Positions 28,530-39,144 are shown, counted from the stretch's first letter. The stretch is DNA of 64,000 nt from Myxococcota bacterium (GCA_044344255.1 JBIJDH010000026.1:32781-96780); one strand, 5' to 3'. Numbers and translations: made by a program. The notes: a model not told the origin generated them from the sequence alone.

Positions 28530-28997
28530 ATGCGCGTCACGCCCCTCGACATCATCCAGAAGCAGTTCGGGCCCGCGCGCCGGGGCGGGGTCGATCAAGA
28601 CGAGGTCAAGCAGTTCCTCGACGAGATCCGGGACTCGATGGAGGAGCTGCTCAAGGAGAACCAGCGCCTCCGGGATCAGCTCGGCCGGCGAGAGGCCGAG
28701 ATCGGCGAGCTGCGCAGCAGCGAGTCTGACATCAAGGAGACGCTCCTCCTCGCCCGCCGCCTCTCCGAGGACATGGAGCGGAATTCCCGTCGCGAGGCCG
28801 ACGTCATCGTCGGAGAGGCCCGCCTCGAGGCCGAGCGCATCCTGATGGCGGTCTCCGAGGAGCGCCGTGAGCTGCAGGCCGACATCGTGCGCCTGCGCTC
28901 CAACCGCATCAAGCTGCAGGTCGATCTGCGCGCGGTCATCGACACCTACGGCCGCATCCTCGACACCATGGAGCACGACTCCGGCTCGAACACGTGA
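28530..28997 (+). CDS. divIVA: DivIVA domain coiled-coil protein
   Basis: MRVTPLDIIQKQF...GVDQDEVKQFLDEI then coiled coil. Confidence 0.9.
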   Translation: MRVTPLDIIQKQFGPARRGGVDQDEVKQFLDEIRDSMEELLKENQRLRDQLGRREAEIGELRSSESDIKETLLLARRLSEDMERNSRREADVIVGEARLEAERILMAVSEERRELQADIVRLRSNRIKLQVDLRAVIDTYGRILDTMEHDSGSNT

Positions 28998-29839
28998 GCC
29001 CCCCAGGGCCCCTGTCCATCCGCCGCGGTCGGCTCGACCTCCACCTGCACTCCAACCGCTCGGACGGGCGCCACGAGCCCCGGTTCGTGCTGCAGACCTG
29101 CGCCGCCGCCGGCGTCACCCTGGCGGCGCTCACCGACCACGACCTGCCCCCCGCCCTCGACGGCGGCGCCTACACCTTCGGCGAGCGGTCGATCATCCAC
29201 CTCGAGGCCGCCGAGGTCTCCGGGGCCTGGGCCGGGCGAGAGCTGCACCTGCTGGTCTACTTCCCGTCCAAGATGCCCGAGGACTACCGGGAGCTCTTGC
29301 GGGGGCGCGCCCGCTTCCGGGCCCGCCGCTGGGACGCATTTCGGGCCGCGGCCGGCCTTGAGGCGCGCCTGCCGCCGGCCCCCGAGGAGGCCCTGGCTGG
29401 GCGCCTCGCGCTCACCCGCCACCACCTCGCCCGGGCCCTGCTCGACGCCGAGGTCGTCTCTCGCTGGCAGGAGGCCTTTGACGGGCCGCTGAACCCGGCG
29501 AGCGGCCTGCTGCTCCCGCTCGACCTCAGCTTCCCCGAGGCCATCGCCGGGGCCCGCGCGGCCGGCGCGGTCTGCTCCTGGGCCCACCCCGAGCTCGACG
29601 ACGCGCGCGCCTGGGCTGGCACCTTCGCCGGGATGGGCCTCCAGGGCCTCGAGTCGGGCCGGCCCGGCATCGGGCGCCTGATGCGCGAGGAGCTCGGCCG
29701 CGTGGCTCACAAGCACCGCCTCTTCCTCACCGGCGGCACGGACTGGCACGGGTGGAGCGGGGAGCGGCCGAGCTTCTCCTTCCCGATGCGGGAGGGTCAC
29801 GCCTTCGTGAGCGCGCTCGGACTCCCCACCGGTCCTTGA
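28994..29839 (+). CDS. PHP domain metal-dependent phosphoesterase
   Basis: DLHLHSNRSDG, ALTDHD, LHLLVY, WAHP, TGGTDWHG. Confidence 0.9.
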   Translation: MSPPGPLSIRRGRLDLHLHSNRSDGRHEPRFVLQTCAAAGVTLAALTDHDLPPALDGGAYTFGERSIIHLEAAEVSGAWAGRELHLLVYFPSKMPEDYRELLRGRARFRARRWDAFRAAAGLEARLPPAPEEALAGRLALTRHHLARALLDAEVVSRWQEAFDGPLNPASGLLLPLDLSFPEAIAGARAAGAVCSWAHPELDDARAWAGTFAGMGLQGLESGRPGIGRLMREELGRVAHKHRLFLTGGTDWHGWSGERPSFSFPMREGHAFVSALGLPTGP

Positions 29840-29860
29840 CCGTCGGCAGGGATCTGCGCC

Positions 29861-29889
29861 TTGCCAGGGTCGAGGCCGGTGGGTACGAT
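29861..29889 (+). promoter_or_regulatory. Sigma70-type promoter for SCP2 gene
   Basis: TTGCCA-N17-TACGAT. Confidence 0.55.
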
Positions 29890-30000
29890 TCCGCCCCTTC
29901 GGGTCCCACCCGACGGTGGGCCGGCTCCGCGCCGGTTCAACAAGCAGCGACTCCAGCCCGCGTCCTCATCCTGATCTTCATCCTCTTGCCGGGAGCTGTC

Positions 30001-30306
30001 ATGGCCGACACCGCCACCTTCTTCTCCGACTACCTGCCTGCGAAGCTGAGCAACCCAGGCCTCGCCGCCGAGACGGGTGTCTTCCAGTTCGACATCAAGG
30101 ACGCCGGCACCTGGACGCTCGATCTCGGCGCCAAGACCGTGACCGAGGGCGCCCACGCCGCCCCCGGCTGCAAGATCACCGTCGACAAGGCCACCTGGGA
30201 GGGCATCCTCGACAAGCCGGCCAACGCCACCATGGCCGTGATGACCGGCAAGATGAAGGTGACCAACCTCGGCATGGCCACCAAGCTCCAGAAGATCCTG
30301 GCCTGA
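30001..30306 (+). CDS. SCP2 sterol/lipid-binding domain protein
   Basis: GGGAG RBS; VFQFDIKDAGTWTLDL, AVMTGKMKV...ATKLQKIL. Confidence 0.85.
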   Translation: MADTATFFSDYLPAKLSNPGLAAETGVFQFDIKDAGTWTLDLGAKTVTEGAHAAPGCKITVDKATWEGILDKPANATMAVMTGKMKVTNLGMATKLQKILA

Positions 30307-30396
30307 ACCTTCGAGCTCGCTAAACGCACAGCTTGAATGCACGGAAGGCCGCGGAGGATCACCCCTCCGCGGCCTTCCAAATTTCGGGTCGCTCGC

Positions 30397-32058
30397 TCAG
30401 AGCTGGCGGCGGATCCGCCAGGTGGCGATGGCCCCCACGATGGTGGCGCCCGGCACGAAGAGCAGGCAGATCAGCACGCTCAGCAGCATCTGGACGAGGT
30501 CCATCGAGAGCTTGCCAGCGGCCGCCTCGTTCGGGCGGATGCTGACCTGGTCCTCCTCCCCCACGAGCCAGGCGATCGTGTTCGGGAACACGTCCTGGTT
30601 GCTCACCTGGTCGATGAGCGCGTTGGAGGTGAGCTCCGCGTCCCCGGCCACCACCACCTTGCCCCCGGCCTTGCGGACGAGGTCGGCCGGCGGGGCCCCC
30701 GTGACCGCCGTCGGGACGGCCCCACCCGGCAGGGGGGACTGGAGCTCGCCCACCGCGCCGAGGGTGGTGGCGCCCACGGCGAGAGCGGCGGGATCGTTGA
30801 CCTCGGCCACGGCGAAGACCGAGACCGGGCCGAGCTTGTCGGCGCCATCGGGGGCGGGCTGGGTGGTGCCGTCGAGCGTGCTCTCGCCCCAGGCCTGCGC
30901 CGAGGTGTGGGCGAGCTCCGTCACCGTCACGCCGGTCACCTCGGGCCCCTTGGACACCGAGCGCACCGCGTGCATCAGCACGCCGCCCTTGATGTCCCCG
31001 GTGACCGGGTGGGGCGCGAAGCCGGAGGGGTCGAGGAAGAGGTAGGTGGGGTCGCCGCCGGCGGACTGCAGGTCGGCGTTGGGCTCGATGACGAGGTCGT
31101 CGCCCACGGTGATGCCGTAGCGGGCCATGTCACGGGCGAGCAGGGGCGTGTCGAGCACGTCGAGGAGGGCGACGAACTTGCCGCCCCCTGCCACGTAGGC
31201 GGCCGCCATCTCGCGCTCGCCGGCCAGCCACTCCTGGCGCGGCCCGGCGGCGATGAGCACCTCGCAGTCGGCCGGCACCTTGCCCTCGGTGGCGAGGGTC
31301 ACCTTCTTCGCCTTGTAGTTCTGCCCCTCCATCTTGGTGACGATGCCGCCCATGCCGGACCCGGAGCCGTCGTCGTCGGGGTCGAGCTCCTCGTGGCCGG
31401 CGGTGAAGCAGAGCACATGCTCCTTGCCGCTGGTGAGGCGAATGAGGGCGTTGGTGATCGCCTCCTCCTTGAACTCGCTGTCGAGCCGCTGCTTGACCTC
31501 GAGGCCCTCGGGTGACTTCGTCTTCAGCACCACCGTGCCGTAGGCGCTGGTGATCTCGTTCTGGCGGGCCACGACGGGGTCGCGGAGGGGGTCGAGGTGC
31601 TCGACCTTGAGCAGCGTGGTGTGCTCCTGGTAGCTGACCATGAGGTCCTTGAAGGCCTTCTCTTCCGGCGAACCGCCTGCGAAGAAGGCCTGCACGGTGA
31701 TCTCACGGTCGAGGCCGGTGAGCACCTTGATCGTCTGCTCGGAGATCTGGAAGCGCTGAGCGGTGGTGATGTCCCAGCGCTGGTCGTGGCGGTAGCCGAG
31801 CACGTTCGCCGCCACCAGGATGGCGAACATCACGGCGACGAGGCCGAGGGCCATCCAGGTGTAGCGGGCGCCGCGGCCAGCGGCCGAGCGGGAGAGGGAC
31901 TCCCAGTCGAGCGCGATCCAGCCCGCCAGGGCGGCGAGGCCGACGCCGCCCACGACCATCCAGGGGGTGTCGATCTTGTCGACGAAGGCCGCGTAGACGC
32001 CGAAGGTGATGAGGAGGATGACGCCGAGGACGCCGAACAGCCAGGAGAAGCGACGCAT
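30397..32058 (-). CDS. GldG-like ABC auxiliary periplasmic component
   Basis: WDIT...FQISEQT, EEAITNALIRL, FTAGHEE, IAAGP, VVVAGD, N.IAWL; TMs at both ends. Confidence 0.85.
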   Translation of the reverse strand: MRRFSWLFGVLGVILLITFGVYAAFVDKIDTPWMVVGGVGLAALAGWIALDWESLSRSAAGRGARYTWMALGLVAVMFAILVAANVLGYRHDQRWDITTAQRFQISEQTIKVLTGLDREITVQAFFAGGSPEEKAFKDLMVSYQEHTTLLKVEHLDPLRDPVVARQNEITSAYGTVVLKTKSPEGLEVKQRLDSEFKEEAITNALIRLTSGKEHVLCFTAGHEELDPDDDGSGSGMGGIVTKMEGQNYKAKKVTLATEGKVPADCEVLIAAGPRQEWLAGEREMAAAYVAGGGKFVALLDVLDTPLLARDMARYGITVGDDLVIEPNADLQSAGGDPTYLFLDPSGFAPHPVTGDIKGGVLMHAVRSVSKGPEVTGVTVTELAHTSAQAWGESTLDGTTQPAPDGADKLGPVSVFAVAEVNDPAALAVGATTLGAVGELQSPLPGGAVPTAVTGAPPADLVRKAGGKVVVAGDAELTSNALIDQVSNQDVFPNTIAWLVGEEDQVSIRPNEAAAGKLSMDLVQMLLSVLICLLFVPGATIVGAIATWRIRRQL

Positions 32059-32822
32059 CAACGCCACCGGTGCGACTCAACCTGTTGCTGCGTCGCAAAC
32101 AGGAAGAAGCCGATGAAGGTGAAGAAGTAGACCAGGTCCTTGATGTGGACGAGGCCCTTCGCGAGGTCAGCCGTGTGCGTGAGGATCGAGGTGTAGAGGA
32201 GGGCGGTGAGCGCGTCGCTGCTGCCCCCCGCGCCTTCCGCCCAGGACACGATCCAGCAGAGCAGCAGGGCGCCGAAGGAGACCACGAAGGCGACGAGCTG
32301 ATTGGTGGTGAGCGAGCTCACGAACATCCCGAGGGCGAGGTAGGCGGCGCCCGACAGGAAGAGGGTGAGGTAGCTCGCCGTCAACACGCCCACGTCCGGG
32401 GTGCTCAGCCAGTGCAGGATGAGCGGGAAGTGCAGGGTGCCGGCGAACATGATGAGCAGGAAGCCGAGCGCGCCAAAGTACTTGCCGAGCACTATCTCCA
32501 GGCTGGAGACCGGCGAGGCGAGCAGGAGCTCGAAGGAGCGCTGCTTCATGTCCTCGGAGAAGGTGCGCATCGAGAGCGCCGGGCAGAGGAAGAGCAGGAT
32601 CACCGAGCAGTTCGAGAAGAACCCGGGGATGAACTCCTCGTTGATGTTGAGCCCCTGATCGTAGCCACCCATGGACTGCAGCGAGGCCTGGTTGAAGACG
32701 ATGAGGAGCAGCGAGAAGAAGCCGCCGGTCATGAGGAGCCACAAGCAGAGGCTCACCCAGCCGATCGGCGTGGTGAAGTAGGAGTCGAGCTCCCGCTTCG
32801 CGATGGTGAAGACGCGGCTCAC
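32058..32822 (-). CDS. GldF-like ABC permease
   Basis: IAKRELDSYFTTP, PALSMRTFSED..FELL, GKY, SSLTTNQLVA. Confidence 0.9.
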   Translation of the reverse strand: MSRVFTIAKRELDSYFTTPIGWVSLCLWLLMTGGFFSLLLIVFNQASLQSMGGYDQGLNINEEFIPGFFSNCSVILLFLCPALSMRTFSEDMKQRSFELLLASPVSSLEIVLGKYFGALGFLLIMFAGTLHFPLILHWLSTPDVGVLTASYLTLFLSGAAYLALGMFVSSLTTNQLVAFVVSFGALLLCWIVSWAEGAGGSSDALTALLYTSILTHTADLAKGLVHIKDLVYFFTFIGFFLFATQQQVESHRWR

Positions 32823-33718
32823 GCGTCACCTCCCGTCGTCAGTCGGATGTAGATGTCTTCGAGGCGCTGGGCCTGGCTGAGCTCGAGGAGCCCAAAACGA
32901 ACGGCGACGCCGGCGATGGCCTCGCGGACATCGGCCTGGGTGCCGAGGGTGAAGGTGCCGTCTGGGTTGGCGACCACGCGGCTCACCCCGGGGACCCGGC
33001 TCATCTGGGCCTCGAAGTCGGCGCTCGGTCGGGCGACCCGGACGCGCACCTGATTCTGGCCCGCGGCGAGGTTCTCGATGGAGTCCATCGCGACGATGCG
33101 GCCCTCGTTGATGATGATGACCCGCTCGCAGATGGCCTCGATCTCGGTGAGCACGTGGGTGGAGAGGATGACCGTGCGGTCACCCTCGGCCAGCTCGGCG
33201 AGGAGGTCGCGGATCTCTTTGCGCTGCGCGGGGTCGAGGCCGCTCGTGGGCTCGTCGAGCACCAGCACCGCCGGATCGTGCACCATCGCCTGGGCGATGC
33301 CCACGCGCTGCCGGTAGCCCTTGGAGAGGTGGTCGATGACCCGGTGCTTGACCTTGCCGAGGCCGACCTTGTCCATCACCCGGTCGGCGGCGCCCTTTGC
33401 GTCGGAGACGCCCTTCAGCTTCGCGGCGAAGGCCACGTAGTCGCCGATGGTCATGCTGCCGTAGACCGGCGGCACCTCGGGGAGATAGCCGATCTGCCCC
33501 TTCACACCCTGAGGGTCTTCGAGGACGTCGCGGCCGCCGATGAGGGCGCGGCCGGAGGTGGCGCCGATGCAGCCCGTGAGGATGCGCATCGTCGTGCTCT
33601 TGCCGGCGCCGTTGGGGCCGAGGAACCCGACCACCTCGCCCTTGTTGACCTGAAAGGAGACGTTGTCGATCGCCGCGCGATCGCCAAAACGCTTGGTGAG
33701 CTGTTCCACCTGAATCAT
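32819..33718 (-). CDS. GldA-like ABC ATP-binding protein
   Basis: GPNGAGKST, LSKGYRQRVG, LDEPTSGLDP, STH. Confidence 0.95.
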   Translation of the reverse strand: MIQVEQLTKRFGDRAAIDNVSFQVNKGEVVGFLGPNGAGKSTTMRILTGCIGATSGRALIGGRDVLEDPQGVKGQIGYLPEVPPVYGSMTIGDYVAFAAKLKGVSDAKGAADRVMDKVGLGKVKHRVIDHLSKGYRQRVGIAQAMVHDPAVLVLDEPTSGLDPAQRKEIRDLLAELAEGDRTVILSTHVLTEIEAICERVIIINEGRIVAMDSIENLAAGQNQVRVRVARPSADFEAQMSRVPGVSRVVANPDGTFTLGTQADVREAIAGVAVRFGLLELSQAQRLEDIYIRLTTGGDA

Positions 33719-33804
33719 GCAGGGGACTCCGTGGGGGGCCAGGGGGGCGCCGAGCCGGGCCGAGGGCCGCTGTTCGGGGCCGAGGACAGTTCAGCGGGGC
33801 CGGC

Positions 33805-33832
33805 AGACTATTCAGCGGTACCCCGCCGTCAA
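33805..33832 (-). promoter_or_regulatory. Sigma70-type promoter for ABC operon
   Basis: Minus strand TTGACG-N16-TAGTCT. Confidence 0.55.
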
Positions 33833-34051
33833 GGTGGGAGTTTTCGGGGCTTGTGTCGACGGGAGCGCCGGGTGACCGCCGTGCGCGGACCGGCCCCCAC
33901 CGCCGGGGGCAGGCTGCGACACCTGCGGTGGTCTCCCCATTCCCTTCGCCGATCCAGCACACCGGAGGCCGGGAACACCCAGGGCGATGCGCCCGCGTTA
34001 GCCTCTGCACCGAGGCTGGGCCCCCCGATTGGTCGGCCTCTCGAGGTGGGG

Positions 34052-37015
34052 ATGAGATGTGCGCCGCTGCTGTTGCTCGCCCTGCTGGGCTGCCACCCCA
34101 AGTGGACCGTGGTGGACGGCGACGGCGACGGCTTCACCGCCGCTGAGGGTGACTGTGACGACAACGACGGCGGCCGGCACCCGGGCGCCGAGGAGGTCTG
34201 GTACGACGGGATCGACCAGGACTGCCTCCAAGACGACGACAACGACCAGGATCAGGACGGCGTCGCGGTCGACCTCGACTGTGACGACCTCGACCCCACC
34301 GCCTTCCCCGGCGCGGAGGACGCCTGGTACGACGGCGCTGACTCTGACTGCGCGGGCAACGACGACTTCGACGCCGACTCGGACGGCTACGCCACCGCGC
34401 TCTACCCCGGCGAGGGCGGCGCTCTGGGCGATGACTGCAACGACGGCGACCCCCAGGTCAACCCCGGCGCCTCCGAGGTCTGCGACGACCTTGACAACGA
34501 CTGCGACGCCGCCATCGACGGCGAAGACAGCTCGGTTGACCTCGAAACCGCCCGCACCTGGTACGCCGACACCGACGCCGACACCTATGGTGACGCCGGC
34601 ACCGCCACGGTCGCCTGCGATCAGCCCGACGACTACGTCCTCGACGACACCGACTGCGACGACGCCGAGAGCGTGGTCAACCCGGGCGAGGCGGAGGCCT
34701 GCGATGGCCTCGACAACGACTGCGACGACGACGTCGACGAGGGTGTGACCACGACCTACTACGTGGACGGTGACGGCGACACCTACGGGGATGATGACCT
34801 CACCGTTGAGCTCTGCGCGGCCAGCGACGGTTACGTCCCCGCCGGCGGCGACTGCGACGACACCGACGTCGCCATCAACCCCGGGGCCGACGAGCGCTGC
34901 GCCACCGTCGGGGTGGACGACAACTGTGACGGCGCCGCCGACGAGGTCACCGCCGTCGATGTGTCCACCTGGTACGCCGACACCGACGGCGACACCTACG
35001 GCGACCCCGACGACGCCACCCCGAGCTGCACGCAGCCGGGCGCCACCGTCTCCAACGCTACGGACTGTGACGACACCGACGCGGACGTCAACCCAGGCGA
35101 GACCGAGGTCTGTAACGGTGGCGTCGACGACGACTGCGACGCCGTCGCTGACGACGACGACCCCGGCGTGTCCGTCGCCACCCGCACCACCTGGTACGTA
35201 GACGGAGACAGCGACACCTACGGCAAGTCGAGCGGCTCGATCGCGCGCTGCGCCATGCCCACCGGCTACGCCGCCCGGAGCGGGGACTGTGACGACGCCG
35301 AGGCGGCGATCAGCCCCGCCGCCACCGAGGTCTGCGATGGGGGCGTCGACAACGACTGCGACACCCAGGCCGACGACGCTGACCCCTCCATCGACAGCGG
35401 CTCCCAGACCACCTGGTATGACGACGACGACGGCGACGGCTACGGCGACCCCGCCACCGCCGTGGACCTCTGCCTCGCCCCCGCCGGCACTGTCTCCGAC
35501 GGCTCCGACTGCGACGACACGAGCGACCTCGCCCACCCCGGGCTCACCGAGGTCTGCAACGACGAGCTCGACAATGACTGCGTCGACGGCCTCGGGACGC
35601 GGGACGCCAGCGCCCCCTCCGCCACCTGTGAGCTCAGCGACGGCCCCCTCACCGACGCCGCCTGGACGATGATCGGCTCCAGCCTCAACACGCTCGGCTT
35701 CAGCGTCTTCGGCGGGGTCGACATCAACAAGGACGGCGTGTCCGACGTCGTCACTGGCAACCCTGGCACCTCGGGCGGGGGCTCGAACGCGGGCTCCGTC
35801 ACCGTCTTCACCAACCTCGACGCCAGCCTCGACCCCGACAGCCCGGCCAGCGCGGCCGTCACCACCGCGGCGCTCACGATCGATGGCGGAGCGGCCGCCG
35901 ACCGGTTCGGCGCCTCGGTCACGGGCGGCGTCGTCGCCGGCAAGCCCTGGCTCGTCGCGGGGGCCCCGCTCACCGGCGCGCAAGACAAGGGGACCTTGTA
36001 CCTCTTCAAGGACCCGATCGCGACCACGGATGACGCTGTGGCCGACGCCGACCTCTCCATCACCGGCGGCACCAACAAGGACTACCTCGGCTGGGCCGCT
36101 ACCATGGGCGGTGACGCCGACGGGGACGCCAAGGCCGATCTCCTCTACAGCGCGCCGCAGAACGTCAACCTCTGCGGCTTCGGGGGCGTCGGCACCGCGT
36201 CGGGCGCCGGCTTCGTCGTGCTGCTGAAGAACAGCACCGTGGCCGCCAACAGCACCACCGCCACCGCGACCCTCACCGGCACCACCGCGGGGGACGGCGC
36301 GGGCTTCAGCCTCTCCTGGGTCGACATCGACGGTGACGGCCTCGACGACGCCGCGGTCGGCGCCCCCCTCGCGCCCTTCAGCGGGACGGCGGGCGCCGGC
36401 AAGGTCTACCTCCTCGACAGCGCCGCCCTCACGGGCACCGTCGGCCTGGCGAGCTCCACCGCCATCCTGTCGGGGGTCACGGCCCTCGACGCCCTCGGCG
36501 CCTCGCTCTCGAGCGGCGACGCGGACGGGGACGGCTACGAGGATCTCCTCGTCGGCGCCGATGGCGCCAGCTCGAAGGCGGGCGTCGCCTACCTCTTCCC
36601 CGGCGGGGCCTCGGGGGTCTCCACCCGCAGCGCGAGCGCGGCCGACGCCTCCTTCACCGGCGTCGCGGCCTCCGATGGCGCGGGCGTCGCGGTGAGCCTG
36701 CTCCTCGACGGCGACGATGACGGCAAGGATGAGGTGGTGGTCGGCGCCTCGAAGGGGGACGGCGTCGCCGCCGACTCCGGGCAGGTCTATCTGTACCTCG
36801 GGCAGAGCTTCTCCGGCAGCTATGCCCTCTCCGCCGCAGACGTCACCTGGGATGGGCTCGCTGCTACCGACCGCGCCGGCGCTTCGCTCAACGGGGTGGG
36901 TGACATCAACGGGGACGGCCGCGGCGATCTCCTCATCGGGGCCTACAACTACGACGGGGACGGCGCCGCCAGCAACACGGGTGCTGCCCACCTCTTCCTC
37001 GGCCTCGGCCAGTAG
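34052..37015 (+). CDS. Surface lipoprotein with about 8 MopE-like Ca-binding repeats and FG-GAP (integrin-alpha-like) propeller
   Basis: LLGC lipobox; repeated DxDGDxYG...DCDD...NPG..E.C.G.DxDC; FG-GAP repeats DINGDG..DLLIGA. Confidence 0.85.
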   Translation: MRCAPLLLLALLGCHPKWTVVDGDGDGFTAAEGDCDDNDGGRHPGAEEVWYDGIDQDCLQDDDNDQDQDGVAVDLDCDDLDPTAFPGAEDAWYDGADSDCAGNDDFDADSDGYATALYPGEGGALGDDCNDGDPQVNPGASEVCDDLDNDCDAAIDGEDSSVDLETARTWYADTDADTYGDAGTATVACDQPDDYVLDDTDCDDAESVVNPGEAEACDGLDNDCDDDVDEGVTTTYYVDGDGDTYGDDDLTVELCAASDGYVPAGGDCDDTDVAINPGADERCATVGVDDNCDGAADEVTAVDVSTWYADTDGDTYGDPDDATPSCTQPGATVSNATDCDDTDADVNPGETEVCNGGVDDDCDAVADDDDPGVSVATRTTWYVDGDSDTYGKSSGSIARCAMPTGYAARSGDCDDAEAAISPAATEVCDGGVDNDCDTQADDADPSIDSGSQTTWYDDDDGDGYGDPATAVDLCLAPAGTVSDGSDCDDTSDLAHPGLTEVCNDELDNDCVDGLGTRDASAPSATCELSDGPLTDAAWTMIGSSLNTLGFSVFGGVDINKDGVSDVVTGNPGTSGGGSNAGSVTVFTNLDASLDPDSPASAAVTTAALTIDGGAAADRFGASVTGGVVAGKPWLVAGAPLTGAQDKGTLYLFKDPIATTDDAVADADLSITGGTNKDYLGWAATMGGDADGDAKADLLYSAPQNVNLCGFGGVGTASGAGFVVLLKNSTVAANSTTATATLTGTTAGDGAGFSLSWVDIDGDGLDDAAVGAPLAPFSGTAGAGKVYLLDSAALTGTVGLASSTAILSGVTALDALGASLSSGDADGDGYEDLLVGADGASSKAGVAYLFPGGASGVSTRSASAADASFTGVAASDGAGVAVSLLLDGDDDGKDEVVVGASKGDGVAADSGQVYLYLGQSFSGSYALSAADVTWDGLAATDRAGASLNGVGDINGDGRGDLLIGAYNYDGDGAASNTGAAHLFLGLGQ

Positions 37016-37060
37016 ACGGCCTCGGGCGCGGTCGCGCGGGCCGGTCCAGGGAGCGCCCCC

Positions 37061-38335
37061 GTGCGAGTCCTCCTCGTCAGCCATGGCTACCCCCCCCGCG
37101 AGACGGCGGGCACCGAGCAGCACGTGGCGACCCTCGCGGGCGCCCTCCGCGAAGGCGGGCACGTGGTGCACGTCCTCGCCGCCACCCGCGCCCCGGGCCG
37201 TAGAGCCGGCGCTGTCTTCCGGGAGCCCGGGGTCACGCGCTTCGTCAACAACCTCACCGTCCGACCCCTCCGGCAGGCCGAGCGCGACCGCGCCGTCGAG
37301 GCGCTCGCCCGGGAGGAGGTCCACCGCTTCCGGCCCGACCTCGTCCACCTGCACCACGCCCAGTTCCTCTCGGCGGGGCTGCGCTTCGAGGTGCCGCTGG
37401 TCTTCACGCTGCATGACCAGTGGGCCTGGTGCGCGGCGGGCGGCCTCGGCCTCCTCCCCGATGAGCGCCTCTGTCCGGGCCCGCTGCCCGAGCGCTGCGC
37501 CCCCTGCGCCGCCGCCTGGGCGCCGACCCCCGGGCGCACCGCCACCGAGCTCGTGCGCGCGGCGGGCTTGCTCTCCCCGTGGATCGCGCCCGAGCGCCTG
37601 CACCGCCTCTATCAGCGCCTCCCCGCGCGGCTGCGGGCGCGGGTCCATCGGGGCGAGGTGGGCGTCGAGCCCCCTGTGGCGGCGGCCCTGCGGAACGGCG
37701 CCCTGCTCGACCTCCTCCGCTCCGCCGCGGCGCGCATCTCGCCGAGCCAGCACCTCGCCCGCCTCGCCGAGGCCCAGGGCTCGGGCCCCGTCGACGTCAT
37801 CCCTCACGGGGTCGCGCCGGGGCGGCCCCGGGTGGGGGGCGGGCCCCTCCTCTTCCTCGGCACCATCGCCCGCCACAAGGGGCCCGACCTCGTGGTGGAG
37901 GCCTGGCGGCGCGCCTTCCCGAGCGGCGATCCCCCGCTCGCCCTCCATGGCCCCGTGTCGGACGCCCGCGCCGCCCTCGGCCACCCGATCGGCGCCCTGC
38001 TCGACCGCGACGGGGTCGCCTACGCCCTCTCGCTGGCCTCTGCCCTCGTCCTCGGCTCTCGCTGGCCCGAGAACGCCCCCCTCGTCGTCTCCGAGGCCCG
38101 CGCCGCCGGCTGCCCGGTCATCGCCCCCCGCATCGGCGGCCTCCCGGAGCTGATCCTGGAGGGGCGGGACGGCCTCCTTTATCCCCCAGGCGACGTCCAG
38201 GCCCTGAGCGCCGCCCTGCGCGCCCTCGTCGCCGCGCCGCCGGGCCCGCCCCGCCCGCCGCCCGATCTCGCGGCCTCGCTCCGGGCGACGATAGGGGTCT
38301 ACCGGCGCGTCACCGGCCTCGGAGCCACCCCATGA
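37061..38335 (+). CDS. Glycosyltransferase family 4
   Basis: HGYPP...GTE, TLHDQWAWC, HKG, WPENAPLVVSEA, IGGLPE. Confidence 0.9.
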   Translation: MRVLLVSHGYPPRETAGTEQHVATLAGALREGGHVVHVLAATRAPGRRAGAVFREPGVTRFVNNLTVRPLRQAERDRAVEALAREEVHRFRPDLVHLHHAQFLSAGLRFEVPLVFTLHDQWAWCAAGGLGLLPDERLCPGPLPERCAPCAAAWAPTPGRTATELVRAAGLLSPWIAPERLHRLYQRLPARLRARVHRGEVGVEPPVAAALRNGALLDLLRSAAARISPSQHLARLAEAQGSGPVDVIPHGVAPGRPRVGGGPLLFLGTIARHKGPDLVVEAWRRAFPSGDPPLALHGPVSDARAALGHPIGALLDRDGVAYALSLASALVLGSRWPENAPLVVSEARAAGCPVIAPRIGGLPELILEGRDGLLYPPGDVQALSAALRALVAAPPGPPRPPPDLAASLRATIGVYRRVTGLGATP

Positions 38336-39144
38336 CCTCCCGAATCTCTCTCGCCCACCCCCGGTTCGGCCTGCTCGGGCTGCTCGGCCTCTCGATCGTC
38401 GGAGGGGGCGGGCTGGCCCGGGCGGCGGAGCCCCTCCCCGCGCCCCTCTTCAGCCCGGGCACCGTCACCCTCGAGGAGGCGCGCGCCGAGCTCCAGAACT
38501 TGGATGATCTCGTCGATGACGCGGACAGCCGCGCCGTCCGCGAGGAGATCCACCGCAAGGTCACCCGCCTCGACGCCCTCCTCGTGGAGCTCGAGCGGGC
38601 CCCGCTCGCACAGTGCCCGAGCGCCGCGCCCGCGGGCGAGGGCGTCGTGTCCACGCCGAGCGCCGTCTCCGCGGCGAGCCTGATCTCCAGCCCGAGCGGC
38701 GTCTCGGCCCTCAGCGCCGCTTCCGTCAGCAAAGACCCCCTCGAGGCCCTCGCCCGCTCGCTCTCCGGCGCCGCAGCGGCGATGGCCGTCCCGGGCAGCT
38801 TGGCCCCCGCCGCCGCCCCCGCGACCGCGCCGCCGCCCACCCCACCGGCGCAGCGCGGCCCGCCCGCGACACCTGCGCGGATGGATGAGCTCCTCTACGC
38901 CATCGACCAGCGGGGCTTCCCGAGCGCGAAGCAGGAGGTCATCCGCGCCGCCGCCCGCACCACCTGGTTCAACACCGCGCAGGTGATCCTGGTGCTGCAG
39001 AGCTTCGCCTTCGGCAGCGATCAGGTCGAAGCGGCGGTCACCCTCTACCCACGCGTGACCGATCCCCAGCGCTGGGAGCAGGTCTACTCGGTCTTCACCT
39101 TCGACAGCGACCGCAAGGCCCTCCGCGCCAAGGTGGGCGCTTAG
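38332..39144 (+). CDS. Secreted DUF4476-like protein
   Basis: Signal peptide; C-terminal F...K...F..AQV...F.FGSD......LYPRV.D......Y..FTFDSD. Confidence 0.75.
   Translation: MTSRISLAHPRFGLLGLLGLSIVGGGGLARAAEPLPAPLFSPGTVTLEEARAELQNLDDLVDDADSRAVREEIHRKVTRLDALLVELERAPLAQCPSAAPAGEGVVSTPSAVSAASLISSPSGVSALSAASVSKDPLEALARSLSGAAAAMAVPGSLAPAAAPATAPPPTPPAQRGPPATPARMDELLYAIDQRGFPSAKQEVIRAAARTTWFNTAQVILVLQSFAFGSDQVEAAVTLYPRVTDPQRWEQVYSVFTFDSDRKALRAKVGA

Noticed and set aside
30397..33718. Bacteroidota-type gliding machinery
   Set aside because: GldAFG-like ABC systems are widespread; no other gld/spr genes here
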